The notes below the pieces were generated by a model that worked only from the letters and a program-made list of their open reading frames with translations, was not told the origin of the DNA and did no database searches. Below are positions 50,896 to 64,000 of a DNA stretch of 64,000 nt, in pieces; within the stretch, counting starts at the first letter, position 1, and each line of letters begins with the position of its first letter. Source of the DNA: Octopus vulgaris (taxonomy: Eukaryota); the NCBI GenBank assembly GCA_951406725.2, contig OX597814.1:119226001-119290000 (forward strand), read 5' to 3'. A program made the translations under genes and the position numbers.

Positions 50896-53800
50896 ACTCA
50901 GAGGAGCGGCAATTTTCAGGTTGTGGTCATTATCGGTTTTTGATTTGGCACTAAACAAGGCGTGAAAATGATAGTTTGCTTTGATAATTTGGTCCGTTGT
51001 TATTGTTTCTGTTGTTTAACTCTGTTGCTGGTATTAACGAATATAATTCTGTGTAAAAATTTAGTCTCTCTCTTTCTATCCGTCACACACTCACAAACAC
51101 ACATACAAGGACACAAACACAATCTCACACACATATGCATACAAACAAACATGCACACACACACACGCGGGCATATAGAAACACATATACATATGCACAC
51201 ACATGAACACACATGAACACACATGCCGACACACTCGTACATGCACACTATCATGCACAATCTCATGCACACACTAACATACATCATCATCATCATTGTT
51301 CGACCGTGGTCGAGACTTTCATAGTCTTTTCAAATGGCTAATACATATGTACACAGACAAAGACACACATAGAGAAACACAAGCAGAATGGCATGCACTC
51401 CCATGCATACATATACAGGCATACGTACTAACTTTAGCCCTCAGCTCAGCCATGTAGAATATAATTGTCGGAACAGAAATATCTTTTAGCCCTGAAGAGA
51501 ATGACCGGTAATGGGATGAGGTCCTAGCTATGTTAAGTATGTGCATTCGCTAGATTTCTTCAGTGATAGTAAAACACAATAACTGAGCTGATTGTGAGGG
51601 CTCTAATTGAGTGATTTTCACTATTAGTTGTGGTGTGGTGAGAGGTTTTCTTCATATCTGTAGTTTGTGCTGTGTTGTTTGCGAAAGAGACAATATTTGT
51701 ATATTAATACTTTAAACTGCTTTCGCAGTCTTTTTGAGTCAGTATATTTTAAGCGTGGACCTTAGGTTGGGAATTGCTAAAACATAGTTTTGGAATGATA
51801 GGGAGGTTTGAATTGTAATATCATCTGCATAAGAGATTCAGTTTCGTATCTTAAGTGTCTCTTGCTTAAGTAGTTTTTTATATTATTGATATTTAACGTA
51901 AAGTATACTAGCCATCTCAATATGGCTAACCACTAGGGTTGGGTGTTACTGTAGCTTTTTATCCCCAGGAGAGCATCGTCTCCAGCTGGCTTTAGACACA
52001 ATCCTATACCCTTTATGATATTCGCAAAGGGAGGTCATCCCCTCTCGAAAACCTAAGTGATACGCATGGACTGCAGTTTCGAGATTATTGTGCTTTATGA
52101 TATGTCTTCTTCTGAAGTAAATATTTTAGAGATAATATATTCCTATTTAATTTATATCATTTATCAAAATGTTTCCGATTGTGAGTCGATATTTTAGCAT
52201 GAGAGCATGTATATTCTTTCTTGATTCTATTTTTGACAATCTCGCTATGAAGATGTGAATTTAAATCAGTAAATAATACTATACTGAAAAATGTTTTCAG
52301 CTAAAATAAGTTATTGTTGCTCAGCTCTTATTCAGCTGTGATAGAGCATTTGATCAAACAGCGATCCAGCCGTGACCATCGTGCTCTGCTAGTTATGTCT
52401 GAGAATATGACCTTTCTTTCTCAAGACGCTACAGTTTGATGGGTAGGAAATTTTGTTCTACATCATATAATGATAGAGTAGTCGCACAAGATCCCCCAGC
52501 TAAACAATCTCACTTTCTCTCTCTCTCTCATACACACACACACACTTATACATACACACACACGCACGTACACACACACCATACACATACATGTCCCCCA
52601 CCCCTGACTGATTCTGATCGCTGCAATTTACTGATTACCTCTAGTTCATTCGCGGGAAAAACGAGTTGATCGCTAAAGCAGCGATTTCTTCACTAAACTA
52701 AACATGACATTTTGCAAATTTCTTCTGAATAGTAACTTTGATTTAATTAGATCTTTGACAAAACTGACATTTTAATGTAATGCATCGATAATGAAACACA
52801 TTTCCTCTTCAATTCATATTTAAAATTTCTTAAAATGAAACAATTTTTGATCGGCTCTATACGAAATGATGTATATGTCTGAATACGCAGCCGATAAACA
52901 ACAATGAGCTATTTAGATGTCTAAGTATGCGAATTCAATTCTTTTACTCAATTCGAATTAACTGACTAGAATTGGATAATTGTGTATATTTCTTAAATTT
53001 TCTTATTTTGATAAGTAAAGACAAAAAATGTTAATAAAAGATAAAGACAACACCAACCAATAGTCTTTGACATAACATAAGATGAATAGGAATGATATAA
53101 ATTCGTATTGACATTATCTATGTGATAGTTAAAGCTAAGAAAAAAACTAGTCATTTTGTTATTAAGTAGAGTGTTCTCACTAAAAATTAAGCGTCATATT
53201 TAATCATGTATAGTTTCATCTGTATTTCAGAGATAATCTACTTTTAAATAGATCATACCGTAATTTATCTTATTCTGGCTATATTGTAAATGTTATTATT
53301 ATTTTTATTATTTATGTTTTTATTTCTGTCCATCCATCGTTCTACTAAGTGTAGGTACCTATGACTTGAGTTTGTTTTGTTGTATTTAAAGTATTCTAAT
53401 CAAAACATATGTAATGCTTATTATCACAGTCGTTTATAGGTTCATACCAAGGGTTTTCTAATATATTAGTCCGCATCGTTTTTAATATTACCTAAATACT
53501 CCTTTTTTTACTGTAGGTATTATAACTCCACGTCTCGCATAAATATATTTGAATAAATTGATCTCGTATACATGGAAGAATCTTTCGTTACACAACTTTT
53601 ATAGTGCGTGGGGCTGCTTTTTGTGATGGTATGTATGGAAAAACAACGTGACAGTTGCACTTATATTTGACTTATAGTTAATGTTTATAAAAAACTGTAC
53701 AGTTTTTAAATTTTGTACATTTACATAGAAGATAGAAGCTCTTGAAATTGCTGTGTATAAATTAAATATTTAGAGAGCACGAGCTTATTGTATGCGATTA

Positions 53801-56164
53801 ATATATATATATATATATGTTTGCGCGTGTGTGTATGTGTGTTTGTGAGAGTGTTCATATATATACGTCTATACACATACATCTGTGTGCGTGTCTGCAC
53901 GTGTTGAAACTATTGTCTTCAACTTCGAAAGTACGAAAAATAAAGCTGAGTATTTATGCAACACTGATTACTCTGCTAAGTAATATGGCTAGGCAAAAAT
54001 AACTATATCAGTAGAGATATTCAAATACTTGAGTAGTGTTTTACGTTCGAAATTCCTTTCAGTTGTTCCCAGCTAAAATATGAGATTATTTTGATGTAAA
54101 TCATCTTCGAATGTACACTGTCTCAGTTCAGGAGAATGTAGTTGGTATTACAATATAGACGAGACATACCAAAAATCTGCTCGCAGGCCGCATGCAGGCC
54201 TTTTCAAATGCAAGTAAGGCCCGTGAGAGGCATAGCTTATGAGTTAGAAATGGTGAAAGCTAAAGACATTTTAGTAATAAAATGATTAATATTAAACTAA
54301 CAAGAATAGAATTAGTGATGTGCCAATTAAAAGATCTTTATATAACGGAAAATTTCGTTGCAAATGTGTGTTTAAAATATGTTGGCCCCCATATTAACAG
54401 GTATGTGAGCAATGCAACCCACAGATACTCTGCAGTTTGACATGCTTGATGTAGAAGACCCAGTGTTGTACTGTCAGAAGCACTTGTAAACTTGAATAAC
54501 CGCCGTGTTACGCTACACCACACTTTAAGATTTCCTGAGATTTACAATACCATAGAAATATGTTCGTGATATATCGGTACATTACCTGAATCTATACTAT
54601 TTTTGTTTTGACGTGGAGACAACAATCATGGCCATATATTTGGTCATACAAATACCAGTTTGAACTACAAATATTCAAAATCAAAACATTCTAATATTTG
54701 TTTGTATCTCATAATACCCCGTTTAACAAATATTGTAATACGACTATAAAACAAAATCGAATATAATTTTAGCGGTGACCTTAAAATTCATTTAGCATTA
54801 TATTACTCTAGAAACGGCAAAATATATTTTTGCATGTAGCATAATATCTTGATTGAATCATTCTGTACTAGTTCAACCTTTCGATATTTCGTAAACTTAA
54901 TTCATATAAACGGAATATTTGATTGTTATGATATATACTTCGTACAAATATATATAATATACATAGTAACAAATAAATATTGCGTAATCATTGTTGGAAT
55001 AATCTATTGTATTTTGGGTGACAACACACGTTTTGTTTATTTTTCACTGTGGTGTATAGCATTGCGTACATCAGAGATGTACTTAATTCAACTGAATTAT
55101 TTGGAACGATCAAACAAACTATCACTTGCTAAAATCGTCTTCGTATTGCTATGGGAAAAACACAGACAATAGTATTGTGGAAAGTATTTGTTATATTTAA
55201 AGAAAACTATTAAATAATTGGAAATCGGCGAAATGAATACAACAGATTTGTACCTCTTGTGGCAGGGGTTTTGTTTCAGTTGAAAACTAATGTTTTGTCA
55301 AATATTTGGAAAGCAATTTTATTATATCACAGAATACAACTATCAGTGTCGGTTCACTCGTGGCATTATAATCATACTATTTTATTCTATATACCTTTAT
55401 TTAATGGAAAATAAAATTTGTTGATGGTCAGTGATTCGGTAACTAAATTTACTATAGATTCTAAAACACTACGTTTATAAAATTTTGATACACTTCGCCG
55501 TCAAATGAAATATTTATCTTCCTTGTAGACATCTAATGAGGCATTTCTTAAACTAACGAAACTATATTTCGGGCACTGTTTCTGAAAATTCTATCATTAA
55601 GCAAAGTTTCATACAAATTTGCATTTCTGTTCACGATGACGTATATTATGCATGGTTTTATACACTTTTCCTACAACAGAAAACATGATCCCAAAGCGGT
55701 ATCCCTTCATCCTACAGCTACACTCCACCCATAAATATTTATAGATAGATACGGTTGAAGATACACACGTGCTTCAAATTGCTAGCTTTTCTTTTGTTCC
55801 TTTTTCTTGCTTCTCTCTTTCTCTCTTTTGATAAGGGTTCACTTGAAATATCAGTCTACTTCTTTTCTTTCTTTTTGGCGTACAATTTACTTACACACCA
55901 TTTATTATTTTAGCGTCACCTTTTTGTCTTCCTGCTGTAATCTCTCATGTTGTCCACGTCTATCTCTCTCATCCGCGACTTTTTACCCTCGTTCCATTAG
56001 TGCTATTTCACGAACACACACATACGCTCAATATATATATATGTCTAACATGCTTTCATCGCATGGAATTAATAGTAGCACACATAATATATATTGGGTT
56101 TATTAAATATTTATGTCACAATATAGCGTGTTTTTGTTATTGATCTTAGCATCTCTGAACAGTA

Positions 56165-56222
<58 letters not shown>

Positions 56223-57282
56223 TGCAAATAAATTGGAAAACCCAAATATTTTATAACAGGTATTAATCCCAACGTATTAACCTCCACGAGAAAAAGTAAT
56301 ATTCAAAAGTTAGGGAAAAAACGAAATGTTGGGAATATTTGAAGAGCAAATGTGTCGAATATATACATACATAAGGACATACACATATATTTTATCATTT
56401 GTGCATTCTTTCTCATTAACACGTTTTAAGCCATTAAGTGCAATCTTCGTAATTTTCTGCCAATCCGAAGCGAAAAGAATTGATCTTTTGTTTAACAATT
56501 TCGATTCAGCTGGCAGTGTAAATATTGATCAATTGAAAAATAAATATTGGAACCAATATAAAATATTTGATATTGCAGAGAGAGAAAATAATTGATGACA
56601 TCTTCTGTCACAGTAATCGAAGTAATTATTTGCCCGCAGAAGTTACAGTTACAAGTCATTTAAAGCTAAATATTACAGATTGAAAGTCTAAATTAATTAA
56701 ATATTGAAAGTCAATGCTGATGCATATGGCAAGCAAAGATGTTAAATCATTATCATTTATATTGTAACGTTGAAATGTTTCTATATTTCACATTCCCTGT
56801 TAAGAAACATCTCCGCGAGACAATCTTCCTTGAATAGCAAAATTAATTATTTCAGTAAATATATGAAAAATACGTTTTTTACTAGAATTGTATTTATTAT
56901 GGATATTTAATAAATGTAAGGTGTAATTTTTACTCTGCAAAGCACAACACACATACGCAAACATGTTTATCTTTATGTGTTTCAGTCATTAGATGCGGCC
57001 ATGCCGAGGCACCGCCTTCAAGAATTTTTAGTCGAATGAAGTGATCCCAGTAATTACTTTTTTAAAGACTGTTACCTATTGTATTCTTCTTTTTACGATC
57101 GGCTAAGCTCCGAGAGTTTCGTGTCAACTCACAAAATTCTTGCTCCTTGAGCCACTCTGTTACTTGTGCTAAATATTAATGTTAATACAGAAGGCATACT
57201 ATAATATTCTAGAATTTCATATAGAGATATAGAGTGCGAAAAATATTTTAGTAGCCAAACAGACAATTAAATAAACTTATTA

Positions 57283-57657
57283 TGGTGCTCCGTTGGTTAC
57301 CACGACAAGTGTTCCAGTTGATCCGATTAACAGAACAGCTTACTCGTAAAATTAACGTGCAAGTGGCTGAGCACTCCACAGACAAGTGTACTCTTAACGT
57401 AGTTCTCAGGGAGATTCAACGTGACACAGAGTGTGACAAGGCTGACCCTTTGAAATACAGGTACAACAGAAACAGAAGGAAAGAGTGAGAAAAAATTGTG
57501 CTGAATGAGTGGGTTCGTCACCATCCCCTGTAGTAGCCTCGTGGAGCTTTAGGCGTTTTCGCTCAATAAACATTCACAAAGGCCGGTCTGGGAATCGAAA
57601 CCGCGATCCTACGACCGCGAGTCCGCTGCCCTAACCACTGGGCCATTGCGCATTCAC
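57283..57657 (-). mobile_element. tRNA-headed SINE, family C, tail type 2
   Basis: Head gcgcaatggcccagtggttagggcagcggactcgcggtcgtaggatcgcggtttcgattccc with clear A/B boxes. Confidence 0.9.
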
Positions 57658-58997
57658 AAACGTATACATACATTGGAGGGGTTATAGTTGTAAACACACA
57701 AGAATGTGCTGCATCTAGACTTACATCAATAATTGCTTCTAATTCATTCAGAATGCTGAGAGCTATATATTAATGGTTTGATGCGGGCCTATTATAGGTA
57801 CTACAACACAAATTCTAGACTAAAATCTATCTACATTTATCTAGAAATGGAAAAATTGTTTTGATAATTAGAGGACAATATATAACATCCGCAATACACT
57901 ATGTTAAGTTAGAAAAAAGGTAATAATAGACAAGTCATTAGTGGCTACTTGTAAACATACATCTACAAACTGCCCACACATTGGCAGATATACAGTATAG
58001 CCTATACAGAAATTTTAGCTATACTGCTTTGCACACTTAAATATATTACTTCTCAAATACGCCTACACGTTTTCCTCAACACAAGGAAAATGGAAAGAAA
58101 GCGAGAGTAATTGCAGTTTCATAAATCGATAAAAACATATAACAGAATTAGTGAAAGGAAGGACATTCAGGAATTTCTAACGAATTTTCACCACCAAAGT
58201 TACAGAAAGAGAATTCATTTCTAGTACACACACACACACAGACATACACACTAGCACACACACGTTCTCAGACGCAATATGCACGGACGCACGCATATAT
58301 TTGTGAAGTAAGGCATTGTTTACCGTTGTGCTATATGAATGAAATTATTGTTGTAATAAAATTCAACAATGAGTTTTTGAATGAATGCATTCAGCTAATG
58401 TTTAACAAACTTATTATGCACAGACATACAATGTCACAAACACATAAACACTCACAGAGTTACATACATGCATTTACAAATATGCGTGCACGAGTGTGCC
58501 TGCGTATTCGTGTGGGCCTCTCTTGTTGTGTTTTTGTATGTATTGACGTGTGAATGCATATGTTCGTGTACCTTCGTTTGACAACCAGTCTTCGTTTGTA
58601 CAAGTCCGCAGCGGATGAATCCGGTAGAAAAACAATGGGATATTTGTGAGACACAGTAAGAGTTGGATTGAATGTGTGTGCTTGTGTGTGTGTGTGCGTG
58701 TATTTGAGTGTGTGTACGCGCGCGTGTGTTGTAGAGTCAAAATTCAGCTTTGGTTTTCACATGAATCGGCTTGATTATATCAGTTTTTAAGCAAAGCGGT
58801 ATGCCCAGGTTCATCTTAGACAATATTTTCCTTTATGTATGTGTATTTATGCGTGTGCATATGTGTGCACGTATATATATATATATATATAGTAAATCGA
58901 AACAAAAAAAAAAGAACAAACACAAAAAAAAACAATAACGCGAGGACGTGGTACATGTAAAGTATTAGCAGACGCTCAGGGAAGGAAAGAAAGGTGA

Positions 58998-59031
58998 TTT
59001 AACGTTTCGAGCAGAGCTCCGCTTCTGAAAC
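58998..59031 (-). ncRNA. Decayed minimal hammerhead motif in a short repeat (58890-59105)
   Basis: Minus strand: ttt-cagaagcg-GAGC-tct-GCTC-GAAAC-GTT-aaa. Stem II, GAAAC and GUU intact; CUGANGA mutated. Confidence 0.5.
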
Positions 59032-59102
59032 AGACGAAATTCCAATATAAAAATAAGACGGAGTAAGAAAATCGCCAACGATTCACATGAGGTTACATTT
59101 TG

Positions 59103-59189
<87 letters not shown>

Positions 59190-59408
59190 TTATATATGCG
59201 TGTGTGTGTACTGAAACATATGTATATTGTATTTTTCTGATATATATAGAGATATGTAAAAACAGTATTAAATTTAATGTTGCAAGGTAAAGATTGATGT
59301 GATAAAATAAACCTTCATGTTAGTTGCCGTTTGTCAGAGTAAAGAAACAACCTAAGACTCAAAGTTAGTGTTAACCTTTAATTTACACGCGCGTGCGCGA
59401 GCATAAAC

Positions 59409-59575
59409 GCACTCATTTTAACAACAGTGTGACTCAACTCCATGCGTCTTACAGTTTCGTTGGGTCATAGGAGAGACTCATCTACTTAAATATCTTTCCT
59501 CGATATCTGATGAGATGGTCACTCATATGCACCCAAGAGTCATATGGAATTGAGTCAAATTGCTAAAACAGATGC
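59409..59575. mobile_element. Decayed fold-back element with complementary hammerhead remnants
   Basis: Centre ~59497. Right arm keeps CTGATGA (59507-13); left arm (minus) keeps gacccaac-GAAAC-t-GTA. Outer tgactcaactccat / atggaattgagtca. Confidence 0.6.
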
Positions 59576-59776
59576 AGAACGGAACTTTATCAGTGAACAG
59601 GTCGCAGTCTCAAAGCGACAAAAATATTTTGGCAAATTAAATTTAAATGTTGAAGTGAATCTAATGGTTTTTGTGAGTTTCTAAAACGGCTTATAAACAC
59701 CTTCCACGCTGCAATTATTTTCATTGCAGCACATGATCTCAGACCAGGTCACTTGCTATGCAAGTACACATCCGTA

Positions 59777-59868
<92 letters not shown>

Positions 59869-61721
59869 TATCAAATTTAATGAATACCATCGTTTGTTTT
59901 GACACTCACTCGTATTTCTCTCCCCCCCTCTCTCTCTTCTTGGAATGCTTTCCTTTAGCTGACCAAATCTATGGAATTATGACCAGTTCCAGCTTTCAAT
60001 AAAACACACACACACATATTAATATAAATTAATTTAAATTATTATCAGTTTATCATTAATCCTCTGAAATATTAGAAGTATGCTAGTAGTTGCTGGTTTT
60101 AAATTCTTGATGATCTGGGATAAATTGGTTTATATTAATTTAATTTATTGACATATATGCTTAAACTTACACACACGTACATATATAAAATGAGCCTCCC
60201 ACTTTACAACAATTTCTATTTCAACAAAAGTTAGTATCAAGAGCCTTGGGAAACCATTGCAAAAACTACTTCCCAAGAATTGGATAGTTAATATACATAA
60301 ATAACTTTTCCATGAGCTTTGTCAATGTTTTCAAAATGCACTTCTTCTATGTAACGAAGTCTGGCCCTCTGGATATCATTGTAGTTTGGCCCCAGAACTC
60401 AGGTTAATACATGTTAATACAAACAAACGTTAGCCCAATCTATACTAGAAATGGTACATTTCAGCGAACATTCAGCATTCTAAGGCATCCAGGCACTGAT
60501 TAGCCGACGTATTTATTCTAAGACAGTAATTGAGATGATGGATGGGGGATGGATTTAGCCGCAAATTTAGCAGGTCTCGCAAACGCATCGATGCTTCCTC
60601 ATTCGGTTTTCATGTAGAGGGTGTTATAACTTGGGCATAGTTATAGTTTAAATGAACCTAAGAAATAACTAAATAAACTACATGTGTTTTGCCAATAATG
60701 TATGTAAGAAACAGAGGCAAAAAGGAGAAAGTGAAAATTTGTTCCTGATGTTATTTACATAATGGCTACACTTTAACTATTCATAGGAATATTACACTTT
60801 TGTTCGTGATTCAGAAATTGTGGTTTAGATGTTGGTAACAGAATGACTTGTTGTCTATGAGTCGTTAAGTAAAAACCAAAATGCTGTAAATATTAGGTCG
60901 ACAATATTTCCTCGAACAATACATGCAAATCTTATACAAAAATTTCATTACCGCAAATAGATGTCTAAGTCGAATTTTATTGGGAAGAATTCGATTAAGA
61001 AATCATGGCGAACAATAAGATTTGGTTTGTAAATGAACATAAAAAATAATCTGACTCTTTCTCGAACAATGTTCGCCGACTGAAATGATCACAAAAAGCA
61101 CTTAATGATGTAGTATTCAATTTCTGCAGTCTTTGTCTGTAGATGTATGAGTAAACGGCTATTCTAAATGCTATGGTTGCTATTTCTCTCCATCATGTTT
61201 TTAATTGAGTTTCGAATTGCGGAATCACTTTATTGACAGGATATATTGCTGCAACCAATTTTAATTAATTGTTGAATGATGGTATCGATATATAAAAGAA
61301 AATTTCTAAAAGCCAAATGAAAAATGAAGGCGGAATTAAAATGAGAATAAATGAGATTTCGTGGCGTCATACTGTCAAGAATATCTACTTATACGACACC
61401 CTCTAAGTGACTATCTACATTCTGTAGTTATTTGGCTTTCGGTCAACCCTAAGAGAGGCAGATCTATGACAATATCGGCTTTTTATATAATCAGGATCTA
61501 TATTAACCAACGTAGACTTCGTTTTGAATGATAGGTCATTATGGTTTGGTTGTTATATGAAAGCATAAAGTGTTCCTTATCAGCCTTGTATAAAAAGTTT
61601 CTTTATTAACATAATTTTGATAAGCATGCTCTGCCGCCTTGATCAACAACACCAAGTGACCTACGGATGCATGCATGAAAGTCATTCGGAATAGGCCGGT
61701 CATCTTCTCTGTGTGTTTGTG

Positions 61722-61756
<35 letters not shown>

Positions 61757-61899
61757 AGAGTTTACGAAAAAACAAAAGACGAAGACAGATGGTGTACAAA
61801 ACAAATAGATGTATTAGGATAACGCTCAGGAATAGAAAAAGAATTGTGTGTAATGGCTAACGATCTATCATATCTATCTATCTATCTATCTATCTATAA

Positions 61900-62330
61900 C
61901 TCCTCCGCGAAAGACACATTTCTCAAACCCTCTCTATACAATTTATTTCCGCTGTCCAGTGTGCACACTTTCCTCCTTACTTTCAACAAAAACAACATCC
62001 ACTTATCCAGGCTGCCAAAACCTCTACGTCACGTCATACCTCCAAATACATCTGCTTCTTGTTTCCATCTCCGAAATGTTCGATCCACCAGCAGCACCTT
62101 TACCATTGAATTGAGGTCATATATCTCACTGACACCGTGCCAGATGCCATCGTCTTCATTTGCTTCAATGCTCACGTCTTCATACGCTTCGCACACCCAT
62201 CCTATACTTATGCCATTGTAGAAACCGAAAGTTTTGCTACCTTTAATTTCTTTACACAAATAGGCACCCACTACACCGTTGCTCTGTCTCATCTGAAAAC
62301 CTTACGGCTAAGCCGCCACTATCTTCACAG
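61900..62330 (+). mobile_element. LINE APE-endonuclease remnant
   Basis: PDAIVFICFNAH..VETESFATFNFFTQI resembles PxAxIxxxGDFNAH..ExxxFAxxNxLTQI. Confidence 0.5.
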
Positions 62331-63804
62331 TTTTTTGAGTTAACCAAATTAACCTACTTGCAACTACCTACTTCCAATTACCAATTTAACCTCCTTGCAA
62401 CTAACCCCTTGCAATCACATACTACACAGTACTCTCTTCCGTCTATCATTGGGGTTCCTCAAATTAGCCACCTGGTCGAAACTTTGCTAGTTTTAATCCA
62501 ACTGTTTCTAATAACAAGCGTGTTTCACTCCTGACCCAACAGAAAATATCCTTATACGTACGTCCGTCCTTACTCAGCTTACAACAAATCAAAACCCCAA
62601 AAGTCTAATGCATGGGTTGTCTGAATCTCTTCAAATGTGCTGGTTCCTACCGTAATGCCTTCAATTCCTCGGAGATTGATGTATTGTACTTCCTTCACTA
62701 ATGCACTCCATTATGTTTAGCCTCTTCTTAAATCCATCCTCTCAGTTCCGTACAAACTATTCTATACTTTCCTTTCTATCTAGATCATAGGATACCTAGA
62801 GTATTTTACATGCCACTGCATATATTGCAAGCGTTGACTTACATCTATTTCAATGAAATACCAACGACACTAATCCCCCTGAGCTCCAAGGCCCTGCAAA
62901 TGTCATGTCATTTCCCCGTTCTTCAAAACTCAGGACTACGTACATTCAATGGTATTCTAGAAAATATTTTTTTATTTCCTTAGATTTTGAATATTGCGTG
63001 ACATGAGGAAGGAAAGATATATACCCAGACGGGGGAAAATGTATAAGCTTGTTGTAAGATATAATCCATTCAAAATAATAGATTTCTTTAATAACTCATA
63101 TTTAGATTCAACAGAGCTTCTTAAATAAACTTAAGCATCAAATGTCTATTCATTCAATGTGGTTCTTGTTATTTAAATGACAGCATTGACAAAACAAGCA
63201 GTTAGCGCTGACATGTTCATAGATACTATCGTTCAGTATGACTTGGAAGCTTGCCAAGTTTAATATTTTGGGATGACGAGGGTAGCACTTATCATCTGAA
63301 AGGTTTGTAACTAAACATTCGAAATAGCATTTGTAAAACTTTGTAATATAATTGCTTCACAATGTTTCCATGTTACAATTGGGAATTTCATCTTTCTTAT
63401 GCATTTGTATGCATAATGTTCTTAATTTTGAAGTTTAACATTAAAGGAATGCATCATAAATTATTTGCTTCACTATGTCTTTATTTATTCTTCAGCAAAC
63501 GTGGTTTCATTTCAGTATGAGGGTTATAAATGTGTTTTCTTCCAGAATTCAGTTTTGCATGCATTAATTTTTTTTAAATCTAAAATTTTTAAACATCCTT
63601 TGTAGAAATCTTGAATATTTCAACAGTCAACCAAAGTCCAACTTAAAAGTGGAACTTGAATTTGCATCAAATGATGTTGAACAGCCGCCCTAAGTACTTC
63701 AATTCAGTTACCACAAGTGATAAGAGGCAGGAGACTGAATTGGATGCTATGATTATAGGTGGTGACAAAAAAATGCGCTAGCTTCTGCATTGTAATCTGT
63801 TTCT

Positions 63805-64000
63805 TTATTACTCACAAGGAGCTAAACATAGAGGGGACAAACAAGGACAGACAAACAGATTAAATCGATTACATCTACCCCAGTGCGTGACTGGTACTTA
63901 ATTTATCGACCCCGAAAGGATGAAAGGCTAAATCGACCTCGGCGGAATTTGAACTCAGAACGTAACGGCAGACGAAATACGGCTACGCATTTCGCCCGGC
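63805..64000 (-). mobile_element. Family B SINE (runs off the window)
   Basis: Reverse-complement match to 6396-6628. Confidence 0.88.

Noticed and set aside
57580-57657. Functional tRNA gene
   Set aside because: It is the head of a SINE continuing into a conserved body, and the acceptor stem does not pair.

Overview
AT-rich, repeat-dense animal genomic DNA. The microsatellite load and recurring tRNA-headed SINE families look like an Octopus (cephalopod) genome; this is recognition, not a search result. Almost every ORF in the supplied track is a microsatellite or SINE artefact. The only host coding sequence I can support is one 249-bp minus-strand exon (49197-49445) encoding part of the amino-terminal domain of an AMPA-type ionotropic glutamate receptor, so much of the window is probably its intron. 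The remainder is SINEs, decayed LINEs (CR1-like, Jockey/I-like, an ORF1-like piece), a Penelope-like RT remnant, nested Helitrons, a 29-bp minisatellite and microsatellites. The main hidden signal is a set of sequence-unrelated fold-back (palindromic) elements, mostly beside TA/CA tracts, whose symmetry centres lie just 5' of hammerhead ribozyme (HHR) motifs. The best case is a 478-bp near-perfect palindrome (24574-25051) carrying two back-to-back, structurally intact type I HHRs with an unusually long stem II. A tRNA-headed, HHR-tailed inverted dimer (37705-38040) and about ten further decayed HHR motifs point to a Penelope-dependent, ribozyme-bearing non-autonomous retroelement system. All structures were read by eye and none has been tested computationally.
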